Source: Deltaproteobacteria bacterium (lineage in GTDB: Bacteria > SAR324 > NAC60-12). Taken from it: 20,635 nucleotides of DNA. This document shows, piece by piece, positions 1-7,911 of the stretch. The stretch covers positions 1-20,635 of the forward strand of contig JAYOTF010000046.1 of the NCBI GenBank assembly GCA_038150265.1, in the 5' to 3' direction. Every line of letters starts with the position of its first letter. The stretch's first letter is position 1. The notes beneath the pieces were generated by a model. The model was not told the DNA's origin and made no database searches. It worked only from the letters and a program-made list of their open reading frames with translations. Position numbers and translations under genes: made by a program.

Positions 1-132
1 GTGGACTATTGGCTATTTATTTTTTATTTTAATATTATGTAAATTTAAAAACAACCTTCCCAAGCCCCAACCTTCCTCAAAGCATCCCTCAAACCAAATC
101 CGGAGAAGGTGAAAGCTCAAGAGGGAAGGAGA

Positions 133-229
133 GTTGTCCGGCACTCAAGGGAAAATTTGGCCGGCACTCCAGAAGGGAAAATTTGGCCGGAACTCAAGGG
201 GGGAAGTTGTCCGGCACTCCAGAAGGGAA
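133..229. repeat. Imperfect intergenic tandem repeat, 4 units of 23-26 bp, core CCGG(C/A)ACTC...AAGGG
   Basis: CCGG(C/A)ACTC starts at 138, 161, 187 and 211. Units are gttgt-ccggcactc-aagggaaaa / tttgg-ccggcactcc-agaagggaaaa / tttgg-ccggaactc-aaggggggaa / gttgt-ccggcactcc-agaagggaa. Confidence 0.85.
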
Positions 230-262
230 CAGGAAGCCTGGCCGGGCGGTCGCCTGAAGGGA

Positions 263-589
263 TCAGGGAGGTGAGGAGGAGCCTCGCAGGCGCTGCAGGT
301 AGGCCTCCCACTCAACGGGGAGGAGGTAGCTCTTTTGGGTGTTGCACTCCTTGCAGCAGGGAACCACGTTGGACTTGGTGGTCCGTCCGCCTCGGGCAAT
401 GGGAATGATGTGATCCATCGTCAGCTCGCGGGCTGGAAATTCCTTCTGACAGTAGTAGCAGTGGTTGCTGGCCCGTCGGTTCTTCCACCACTGAGACTGC
501 CGCAGGTCCCGGGCCTTCTGCTTCTCCCGTCGAATGTGGTCGGGATCCGCGCTCTCAAACCAGCCGGGCTCAAATCCGGAATCAGACAT
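263..589 (-). CDS. Small HNH endonuclease family protein (108 aa)
   Basis: CxxC (CYYC) ... DHIIPIARGG ... N ... CxxCN (CKECN) is the zinc-bound HNH signature. The start lies 2 bp after the tolB stop. Confidence 0.9.
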   Translation of the reverse strand: MSDSGFEPGWFESADPDHIRREKQKARDLRQSQWWKNRRASNHCYYCQKEFPARELTMDHIIPIARGGRTTKSNVVPCCKECNTQKSYLLPVEWEAYLQRLRGSSSPP

Positions 590-591
590 GT

Positions 592-1872
592 TCAGAAGCT
601 CCGGAGGGTCCAGTTGGGGCCGGTTTCCTCAAAGTCCCGTGGCGTCCGGGTCAGCCGCCGCATGCCGGTGCCATCAATGAACATCGCATAAAGCTTGTAG
701 ACCCCACTGGGGTTGGCAGAGAAGATGATCTGCTTGCCATCCGGAGACCAGGTGGGCTGCTCGGAATTGTAGCTGTAGCGGGTCAGGGCGCGCTGCTCGC
801 CGGTGAAGGGGTCCATCAGGTAGATCTGGCTTTCGCCTCCGAGGACCTTGGAGAACAGGAGCATGGTGCCGTCTGGCGACCACGCCGGATCGGAGTTGCT
901 GGAGCCGCTGAAGGTCAGCTGAAAGGTGACCCGGGTGGCGAGTTCGTAGTAATAGATCTGCTCCCGTCCGGTCCGGTCCGAGACGAACACGAGCCGCTCG
1001 TTGTCCGGGGCGAGGTACGGCAGGGTCTCAATGGCCTTGTTTTGAGTCAGGCGCTGGAGCTGCCGGCTCCGCAGGTTGAGGGAGTAGAGGTCGACGTTGC
1101 GGTTTTGACTGAGGGTGAGGATCAGGTTCTGCTTATCGGAAAACCACGTTCCGCCGCTGGTCACGCCCATGCCAGATCCGGGGCGGCCCATCAGCAGGGG
1201 CGTGGGCTCTTGATTGTCCAAGCGGTCTAACCAAATGGCGGTTCCCTGCCGTCCCAGAGTCGTGTAGATGATCTCCTGCCCATCTGGAGACCAGCGGGGG
1301 AAGAGGCTGATGTTTTGGTTCCGGGAGATCCCGAACAGCTTCTGACCATGCGTGTTGACGCGGGCAATGATCTTGCGGCGTCCGGGCTGCTTGAGGCTGA
1401 AGGCAATGGTGCTGCCGAGAATGCCGGGCGTGCCCGTCAGCTGCTCCGTCATGCGGTTGACCAGCGCCATCAGTTCCTCTTCCTGGAACTGCTCATTTTC
1501 CAGGACCAGGTCCTGGGGAAAGAGGGGGTTCCCCAGCGTGTCTGCGACCACAAGCCGCAGCACGCGCTGATTCTCAGCGTTCTGAGCGACCTTGAGCAGG
1601 ACCTGCATGTCCGGTTGCGTCGTCTGGGTCCGGCAGGCGTTGTAACGGGATTCCTTGATCTGAAAGACGCCGCTCCAGCAGAGGTTCCGGTCAATCAGGC
1701 GGCTCCACCGGGGGGACTGCGGGTGACGGGTGTAGCTGGGATCGGGAACCAGGACAACGGAGTAGCGCGCAAAGCCAAGGCCACTGATGACCACCTCTTC
1801 GCTGGAGTACGTCTGAGCAAGAGCTGAAGACGAGCCGAACAGCAGCGCCAGCAGGAGGAAGAGGCTACTCAA
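592..1872 (-). CDS. tolB: TolB family periplasmic beta-propeller protein (PD40 repeats)
   Basis: Repeated PxWSPDG motifs (PRWSPDG, PAWSPDG, PTWSPDG). Signal peptide LFLLLALLFGSSSALA|Q. It follows a tolA-like gene. The start is moved from 2001 to the in-frame TTG at 1872, giving about 426 aa and a short overlap with the tolA stop. Confidence 0.85.
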   Translation of the reverse strand: MSSLFLLLALLFGSSSALAQTYSSEEVVISGLGFARYSVVLVPDPSYTRHPQSPRWSRLIDRNLCWSGVFQIKESRYNACRTQTTQPDMQVLLKVAQNAENQRVLRLVVADTLGNPLFPQDLVLENEQFQEEELMALVNRMTEQLTGTPGILGSTIAFSLKQPGRRKIIARVNTHGQKLFGISRNQNISLFPRWSPDGQEIIYTTLGRQGTAIWLDRLDNQEPTPLLMGRPGSGMGVTSGGTWFSDKQNLILTLSQNRNVDLYSLNLRSRQLQRLTQNKAIETLPYLAPDNERLVFVSDRTGREQIYYYELATRVTFQLTFSGSSNSDPAWSPDGTMLLFSKVLGGESQIYLMDPFTGEQRALTRYSYNSEQPTWSPDGKQIIFSANPSGVYKLYAMFIDGTGMRRLTRTPRDFEETGPNWTLRSF

Positions 1873-3181
1873 CCCGGACGAGAACGACGTACGGCGGGTT
1901 GGCCGCCAGCTCCGGAGGAAGCGGGTCCAGCTGAGCGTTACGGATGGCCAATTCAACGGCAAGGACAAAGGATTCCGAGGCATTTTTTTCTGTGATCTCA
2001 TGCTTCAAGATCGTTCCGTTAGGGGAGATGCTTAATTCGACCCGAACAAATTCTCCAGTCTGCGAGGCCGTCCGGGGCTTCAGTTTCTTCTGAAGTTGCA
2101 CGTTGTATTCCCGCTCTGCATTCCGGAGCTTCAAACGCTGCTGAACCCCCTGGAGGACGTCGCCTCCGCCTCCTTCAGAAACCGCAGGACCCTCAGGCGT
2201 GTCGACCCCAGAGAGCAGGGGCGCGGCGGGAACCGGTGGCTGAGCCGGCGCTGTGGAAGGAGCGGGATCGTTAAAAAGCGGTGCCGAGGGCGTCTCTGCT
2301 GCAGCCGTGTTGGCTGTGGACGCTTCCGGAACGGGAATGCGGGGCACCGGAGCCTCCAGTGCCGGAGGCTCCGTGGAAGGCGTTAGCACCGGAACCGGTA
2401 GGGTCGGGTCGTCAAGGGTTGGAATCACGGGCGTGGGCAGCGACGGTGGCTTCACCGAGGTGGCAGGCACAGCGGGTGTTGGTGTGGCCTGCGTGGGGGG
2501 CGCCGGAGGCGCAGGCAGTCCGGAGGAGGCGGTTCCCAACTGCTGACTGGCAGGAAGCACCGGGTCTGCCTTGGGAAGCTTGATGGGCGAATTGGAAGCC
2601 TTGGGCGCCGTTGGTGGCGTCAGCGGACCCTGAACTCGGCCTGCAGAAGGAAGGGCGCTGGGACGCATGCCGGCTCCGCCCACGCGAGTCGAAGGCGGAG
2701 TCGCGCCGGGCGTGACACCTGGGGGTGAAGCCGGAGGCGTTGCCCCCGGGAGCGTGGGCAGCGCCAACGGTGCCGTCAGGGTCGGTTTGGCCGGAGCCTG
2801 TGGCGTTGAGGGGGGAGGCGGGGTCGCTTCCGGTTGCGGCGCAGGAGCCGGTTTCGGAGGTGGCGTTTCCTGGAGCTTGGGCGCTGCTGGAGCCGGCTTG
2901 GGGGGCGCTGCTTCCGGAGCGGGCTTCGGTGGTTTGGGCTGGGGGGCCGGTTGGGGACGTGTCGGAGTCGGTTGCGTGGCCGCTGGTTGGGCCGGAGTGC
3001 GGGGAGGCGGCTTGGGAGCGGTCGCATACTTGACTCCCACGCTGGCACGCATCGGCTCCACCGGCTGAGGCGTCCACTGACTGACGGCCAAGGCGACTCC
3101 AATCAGGAGTCCATGCACCAGTACGGAAATTCCCAAAAAGAGGGAAGACGATTCGGAGGAAGGAGCGGTTGCAATCAACAT
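1865..3181 (-). CDS. tolA: TolA/TonB-like energy-transducing protein with long proline-rich linker
   Basis: The N-terminal TM helix has an S-x3-H motif (ISVLVHGLLIGVALAVS). A Pro/Ala/Thr-rich linker of about 300 aa follows, then a TonB/TolA C-terminal-like domain (VRVELSISPNGTI...). It lies directly upstream of tolB. Confidence 0.75.
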   Translation of the reverse strand: MLIATAPSSESSSLFLGISVLVHGLLIGVALAVSQWTPQPVEPMRASVGVKYATAPKPPPRTPAQPAATQPTPTRPQPAPQPKPPKPAPEAAPPKPAPAAPKLQETPPPKPAPAPQPEATPPPPSTPQAPAKPTLTAPLALPTLPGATPPASPPGVTPGATPPSTRVGGAGMRPSALPSAGRVQGPLTPPTAPKASNSPIKLPKADPVLPASQQLGTASSGLPAPPAPPTQATPTPAVPATSVKPPSLPTPVIPTLDDPTLPVPVLTPSTEPPALEAPVPRIPVPEASTANTAAAETPSAPLFNDPAPSTAPAQPPVPAAPLLSGVDTPEGPAVSEGGGGDVLQGVQQRLKLRNAEREYNVQLQKKLKPRTASQTGEFVRVELSISPNGTILKHEITEKNASESFVLAVELAIRNAQLDPLPPELAANPPYVVLVRVE

Positions 3182-3263
3182 CAGTTGAATCAGAATTCAG
3201 AAGGAAAAAAGGTCCGAATGGGGGCTAACCCCTGATGATCAGCGGATTTCCGGAGGTCCAGGC

Positions 3264-3295
3264 TTGACATCTAACGGTAAGGCGGATAGCTATAT
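3264..3295 (+). promoter_or_regulatory. Possible sigma70 promoter for hup
   Basis: Perfect TTGACA at 3264-3269 in the divergent intergenic region. The -10 region (TAGCTATAT, 3287-3295) is only a partial match. Confidence 0.35.
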
Positions 3296-3448
3296 CAGCA
3301 GAAACTTCGTCAATCCAATCGGCTTTGAGACGCCGAGCGGGGTTTCACGGACTCCGCGGAGTGCGGATTCGTTGACGTTATCCAAGGAAGGATTCCAGCA
3401 ACGCTGCCTTTCTCGAATTCATTTTCATCCTCTAAGGAAAACCCGAAC

Positions 3449-3721
3449 ATGACCAAAGCAGAACTGATTGATGCCATGGCGGCTAGCGCAAATCTGACGA
3501 AGGCAGACGCTGAGCGTGCCCTGAAGGCCTTCCAGGACGCCGTTGAAGGCGCAATGAGAGAAGGAGACTCGGTGACGCTCGTGGGCTTTGGAACCTTCTC
3601 TGTGTCCGAGCGCCCGGCTCGAACCGGCCGCAACCCGCAGACCAAGGAGCCGATGGACATCCCGGCTTCCAAGGTGGTGAAGTTCAAGGTCGGCTCCAAG
3701 CTGAAGGAGGCGGCGAAGTAA
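3449..3721 (+). CDS. hup: Histone-like DNA-binding protein HU
   Basis: MTKAELIDAMA...VTLVGFGTF...ARTGRNPQT...KFKVGSKLK is the canonical HU signature, 90 aa, with an AAGGA RBS upstream. Confidence 0.97.
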   Translation: MTKAELIDAMAASANLTKADAERALKAFQDAVEGAMREGDSVTLVGFGTFSVSERPARTGRNPQTKEPMDIPASKVVKFKVGSKLKEAAK

Positions 3722-3752
3722 GCGGCCCTCCGAACCCTGACCAATCGGTTCC

Positions 3753-6158
3753 CTAAAGCTCAGGCTCTGCTTCTGTCAGGGCCTGAGTGCTCCCCGATTC
3801 CTCCCCTCCTCCTGCCAGATTGCTTCCGCCACAGCCCAGCAATGCCGCCTCCAGCGGAGGTTCGGTTCCGAGCTTGTAGTGCTCCTCGTGTACCTCTGAT
3901 GGTGGATCACAGGGGCTGGCCCGACGTCCGGAGTCATGAACCTTGATGGTGACCACGCCCGGAGGCTGAGAGAATTGCTCGGTCGGCAAACTCGAGATGG
4001 CAGACTTCATGAAATCGATCCAGATCGGTGCTGCAGCCCGGGAGCCTGTTTCGTTGGGCCCCATCGGGCGAGGCTGGTCGTACCCCACATAAACCCCCGT
4101 CAGCAGCTGAGGAATGTACCCAATGTACCACGCGTCCACGTAGTCGTTGGTGGTCCCGGTCTTGCCGGCAGAAGGGCGGCCAATGGCCTTGGCGCGGCGG
4201 CCGGTTCCGTGTTCCACCACGTCCTTGAGGATGTCGGTGACCAGAAACGCGGTCTCTGCTGAAATGACCGGTTGCTCCTGCACCTCGGCCTGCTCCAGCA
4301 CGTCTCCATTCTGATCCTGGACCTCGAGGATGTAGATGGGCTCCTTCTTGAGGCCCCGGTCGGCAAACACCATGTAGGCGTTGGTCATCTCCTGCAGGGT
4401 CATGGAGAAGGCGCCCAGGCCAACCGTCAGGTTCGGACGCATCGGCGACGCGATCCCGAAGCGCCGGGCGTAGTCAATGACCGTCTGGGGGCCCAGGTCT
4501 TCCACCAGGCCGACAGTGGGCAGGTTGAGGCTCTTGACGAGTGCGGTCCGGAGTGACACGTTTCCGAGCAGCTTGTTTCCGTAGTTCTGAGGCATCCACA
4601 CTTCAGCATCTCCCACCGTCAGGCTCCCGGTTTTGTAGGCTCGGGGGCTGTCGACGAGGGTGCTGGAAGGCGTGTAACCCGCATCCAGCGCCGCGGCATA
4701 CACAAGAGGCTTGAAGGACGAGCCCGGCTGACGGCGAGCCTGAATGGCCCGGTTGAACTCGCTGTTCTCAAAACGGTAGCCGCCGATCATGGCGGTGACG
4801 TGTCCGCTCCTGGGCTCCATGGCGAGCAGCGCACCGTTGACGGAGGGCTTCTGATAAAGGTCGGCCCGGAACAGCTGGGCTTCCGCGTCATAGTCGGTCA
4901 GGCGAACCGAGACGATGTCTCCGACGGCCACCGCGTCCTTGAGGTTCCGGAAGGGGAGCGGGTACTCCTCTCCCTGGCGCGCCTTGCGCCACGTCTTCAC
5001 GCTTTCCCACGGCAACTCCGCCTGCTGCCCCTGCCCCAGGTTGAGGGTGGCATGCTGGTCTCCCACCTCGGTCACCACCGCCTGGACGATGCTGTTGAGG
5101 AGGATGCGGTTGTCCTGGAGCCGCTCCTCAAGGACCGCCTCTGAAAAACCGCCGGTGGCTTCGTCTCGGGGCGCCTGCGACTGAGCCCCCTGGTAGCCCT
5201 GCCGCTTGGTCAGCTCGAGCAGCCCGTTTTGCATCGCCTCATGGGCGGCAATCTGCTGGTCGAGGTCCATGGCGAGTCGCACCTTCAGGCCTCCCTGGTA
5301 GAGCTTCTCCAACCCATACTTCTGGAGCAGGTAGCGCCGGACGTGCTCCACGTAATAGGCGGTGGCCTCAGAGGTGGGGTCATCCGCCCGCATCAGCTTC
5401 AGGGGCTCGCGGAGGGCCTTCTGCATCTCGGCCGTGCTGATGAAGCCCTCTTCGTGCATGCGGCGCAGAACGAGGTTGCGGCGTCCCAGCGCCAGGTCCG
5501 GATTCACATGAGGAGCATACCGCGAAGGCGCAGGGAGCATGCCCACGAGCAAGGCACTTTCAGCGAGAGAGAGGTCGTGGGCGTGCTTGCCAAAGTAGCC
5601 CTGCGAGGCGGCTTCCACGCCTTCAGCGTTGCCCAGGAAGTACTTGTTCAGGTACAACTCCAGGATCTGGCTCTTGCTGTACTCCAGCTCCATCCGGAAG
5701 GAAAGCAGCATCTCCCGGAGCTTGCGGTCGAGGTTCTTTTGCTGGTTGAGGAGGAACATCCGGGCGGTCTGTTGCGTGACCGTGCTGGCGCCCTGAACGA
5801 TGCGCCCCGCCTGCACATTGGCCCCCAGGGCCAGCAGGATCCGGAAGGGGTCGATGCCGAAGTGAGAGAAGTAGCGCGTGTCCTCGCTGGCGAGCAACGC
5901 CTGGATGAGGTGCGGAGGGAATTCGTCGTAACGGACAGGGATGCGACGCTGAATGAAGAACTCCTCCACCTGGTTGCCGTCGTGGTCGTACAGCACGGTG
6001 GGCAGCAGGTCGTTGCGCTTGTGCAACTCCTCTGCAAGGTTTTGCGGGAGGTCCTTGCTGAGTTCATAGAGGTGATACCCAATGCCTCCTGCGACGATGA
6101 AGCCGAGCAGGAGCCCCGTCCAGAACATCCATTTAATGGTACGGAGGAGGAGTCTCAT
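3753..6158 (-). CDS. mrcA: Penicillin-binding protein 1A (bifunctional transglycosylase/transpeptidase)
   Basis: N-terminal TM helix. GT51 motifs EDTRYFSHFG, GASTVTQQ, RKLRE and ILELYLN. Transpeptidase motifs SxxK (PGSSFKP), SxN (SLN) and KTGT. Confidence 0.95.
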   Translation of the reverse strand: MRLLLRTIKWMFWTGLLLGFIVAGGIGYHLYELSKDLPQNLAEELHKRNDLLPTVLYDHDGNQVEEFFIQRRIPVRYDEFPPHLIQALLASEDTRYFSHFGIDPFRILLALGANVQAGRIVQGASTVTQQTARMFLLNQQKNLDRKLREMLLSFRMELEYSKSQILELYLNKYFLGNAEGVEAASQGYFGKHAHDLSLAESALLVGMLPAPSRYAPHVNPDLALGRRNLVLRRMHEEGFISTAEMQKALREPLKLMRADDPTSEATAYYVEHVRRYLLQKYGLEKLYQGGLKVRLAMDLDQQIAAHEAMQNGLLELTKRQGYQGAQSQAPRDEATGGFSEAVLEERLQDNRILLNSIVQAVVTEVGDQHATLNLGQGQQAELPWESVKTWRKARQGEEYPLPFRNLKDAVAVGDIVSVRLTDYDAEAQLFRADLYQKPSVNGALLAMEPRSGHVTAMIGGYRFENSEFNRAIQARRQPGSSFKPLVYAAALDAGYTPSSTLVDSPRAYKTGSLTVGDAEVWMPQNYGNKLLGNVSLRTALVKSLNLPTVGLVEDLGPQTVIDYARRFGIASPMRPNLTVGLGAFSMTLQEMTNAYMVFADRGLKKEPIYILEVQDQNGDVLEQAEVQEQPVISAETAFLVTDILKDVVEHGTGRRAKAIGRPSAGKTGTTNDYVDAWYIGYIPQLLTGVYVGYDQPRPMGPNETGSRAAAPIWIDFMKSAISSLPTEQFSQPPGVVTIKVHDSGRRASPCDPPSEVHEEHYKLGTEPPLEAALLGCGGSNLAGGGEESGSTQALTEAEPEL

Positions 6159-6709
6159 GAAGCAGGTGGAGCCGAAGTCACAGGGGTGGATTCAGAAGGA
6201 GGTGGAAGCAGACGGTGGGTCCAGGCGTGCTGCAGCAGCGCCTGAACCGGTTCCTGACGAGGAGGGGCAAAGCGGTCCAGCGGATGCTCGGCCACAAAGT
6301 CGGCCCAGCTGTGCCAGACCTCGGTTTTGAGGGAAAGCAGGGCGCGTTTCAGGGCCGTTGCCTCCAGGCCCTCCAGCTCGCCCAACTCGGTTTTCCGGGG
6401 GGTGCTTTCGGAAGCTCCTTGAAAAACATCGGCGGACGTATAGAATAACGACACCCTCTCGCACCGGCATTCTGAACCGTGTGGAAGGTCCGGAGGGGTC
6501 TTGCTCTGAAAGGCTTCCCCGTGACGCGATCCGTCGCTCTCCAGGCACTCCTGGGGCGTGTCGGCGGCGAGGAAGGCCCGGATTTCCACGGCCTCCAGGG
6601 TGGTCACCACGGGGGTGGGCCGCGGGCGTCGATTGAAGATGTGCCGCCGCTGACGATACAGCCAGTACAGGAGCGCAACGGCGACAATGGCAATGAGGAG
6701 TTTGAGCAT
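6155..6709 (-). CDS. Hypothetical membrane-anchored protein (184 aa) with C...H-x3-CRC motif
   Basis: The likely start is ATG 6709 (MLKLLIAIVAVALLYWLYRQRR: TM helix followed by basic residues). Its stop overlaps the mrcA start (ATGA at 6155-6158). The upstream extension to 6952 overlaps a plus-strand gene and is rejected. Confidence 0.7.
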   Translation of the reverse strand: MLKLLIAIVAVALLYWLYRQRRHIFNRRPRPTPVVTTLEAVEIRAFLAADTPQECLESDGSRHGEAFQSKTPPDLPHGSECRCERVSLFYTSADVFQGASESTPRKTELGELEGLEATALKRALLSLKTEVWHSWADFVAEHPLDRFAPPRQEPVQALLQHAWTHRLLPPPSESTPVTSAPPAS

Positions 6710-6728
6710 CAGGCAAGGAGCGTGAATC

Positions 6729-7118
6729 TTGTTGAAGCAGCTACAGGCTAGAAAAATCTCGTTGAATTTACAAGCAATCCTCAGAAAGCTCCAGCCTTCT
6801 CTGAGGAAGGGGGGGCGATCGTTCCTTTTCAGCCTGACAGGACTCCTCCTGCTGGGAGGCTCCGTGGTCCAGGCCCAGGACATGCCGTCCCTGTCGGCGT
6901 GCAAGGAGCTGGCAAATGGCGAGACGACCCAGGAGCTCAACGAGTTCCGCAAGTGCCTCCGGAACTATCAGGAATCGCTCCAAACCGCCCGGAAGCAAGC
7001 GCTCATCAAGCGGCGCTACGAAGGCTCCATGCGGGTGGTGGAGGGCTCAACGGCTCCTCCTGCGCCAGGAGGCAACGCTCCGCCGGCGACGCCCAACGCT
7101 TCGGCCAACGGACGTTAA
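6729..7118 (+). CDS. Hypothetical secreted protein (two Cys, helical, Pro-rich tail)
   Basis: TTG start preceded by AAGGAG (6715-6720). Signal-peptide-like segment RKGGRSFLFSLTGLLLLGGSVVQA|Q. It ends 9 bp before the next gene. The exact start is uncertain. Confidence 0.6.
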   Translation: MLKQLQARKISLNLQAILRKLQPSLRKGGRSFLFSLTGLLLLGGSVVQAQDMPSLSACKELANGETTQELNEFRKCLRNYQESLQTARKQALIKRRYEGSMRVVEGSTAPPAPGGNAPPATPNASANGR

Positions 7119-7127
7119 GCAGAGGGT

Positions 7128-7877
7128 ATGGACCGATCCTGGCGATTCATCGCAGAGGAACTCGTATTTGGCCCCTTTCTGTTTCTGGCCCTTACGGTGT
7201 GCCTCCTCGCCTTCTTCCTCGTCCGTCGTCCTCCAGCGTCCACCCAGCTCCGTTGGCTGGGGGGGCTGTGGCTGGGACTGCTGGTGGGGTGCAGCCAACC
7301 GTTTTATCACGCCTTTGCCTACCCCCTGAAGCTCCTGACGCCCGAGAGCGTCAAGGTGCAAACGGATGCGATCGTTGTGGCATCGGCCGGGGTTCATGAG
7401 TCGGGCGCGCCCACGCCAGGCTCCACCCTGAGGGCCTACACGGCAGGACGCCTCTACCTGGAAGGCTGGGCGCCGAAGGTGATCATTGCCGGCGGGGTGA
7501 CAGAGCCCTATCAGCCACCCGTGGAAACCAAGGGCATGCACATCATCCTCAAGGGCATGGGCGTTCCGGAAGACGCCATCATCATTGAGGACCGATCGGT
7601 GGACTCCTATCAGAATGGAATTGAAACCGTCCGCATTCTACGCGAACATGAGGCCCAGCGGATTTTGCTGGTCTCCCATGACTACCACCTCTACCGCCTC
7701 AGCGCCGTCTTCCAGAAACTGGGGGTCACCACCTATCCCTATGCCGCCAACCTCGGCTACCCTCGGCGACCCGAACCCTGGTGGCTGTTCTTCGACTGGG
7801 AAAACTACGCTCGCTTACGCACCGTTGCGCACGAATACCTGGGCCTCATCGGCTACCGCATCTTCGGACGCATCTAA
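7128..7877 (+). CDS. YdcF/ElyC family protein (DUF218)
   Basis: Two N-terminal hydrophobic segments. DUF218 motifs DAIVV, VIIAGG, GVPEDAIIIEDRSVDSYQN, LLVSHDYHLYR and HEYLGLIGYR. Confidence 0.88.
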   Translation: MDRSWRFIAEELVFGPFLFLALTVCLLAFFLVRRPPASTQLRWLGGLWLGLLVGCSQPFYHAFAYPLKLLTPESVKVQTDAIVVASAGVHESGAPTPGSTLRAYTAGRLYLEGWAPKVIIAGGVTEPYQPPVETKGMHIILKGMGVPEDAIIIEDRSVDSYQNGIETVRILREHEAQRILLVSHDYHLYRLSAVFQKLGVTTYPYAANLGYPRRPEPWWLFFDWENYARLRTVAHEYLGLIGYRIFGRI

Positions 7878-7911
7878 ACTTCACTAACCTCCTAACTCTG
7901 CCTCCACCTCC

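Noticed and set aside
133..229. CRISPR or TIGR-like guide array associated with the HNH nuclease
   Set aside because: The units are only 23-26 bp in total, the variable parts recur rather than being unique spacers, no cas genes are present, and the HNH protein has no room for an RNA-binding (Nop or Cas) domain.
109..408. 99-aa plus-strand ORF and overlapping small ORFs across the repeat
   Set aside because: They are translations of the non-triplet repeat and of the HNH antisense strand, with no recognisable motifs.
1873..2001. N-terminal extension of TolB in the ORF track (similar extensions on coxE1, coxE2, coxD1 and the 6155 ORF)
   Set aside because: Most overlap neighbouring genes extensively and none looks like family sequence. 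Downstream starts give typical lengths and, in most cases, tight stop/start coupling.
3722..3752. Terminator between convergent hup and mrcA
   Set aside because: Only a 5-bp GAACC/GGTTC stem with a long loop and no U-tract, too weak to call.
5229..6245. 338-aa plus-strand ORF
   Set aside because: Antisense shadow of PBP1A.
7260..7295. Lipobox-like LVGC in the DUF218 protein
   Set aside because: It lies about 55 residues in, after a second hydrophobic segment, which fits the usual two-TM N-terminus of this family rather than a lipoprotein signal.
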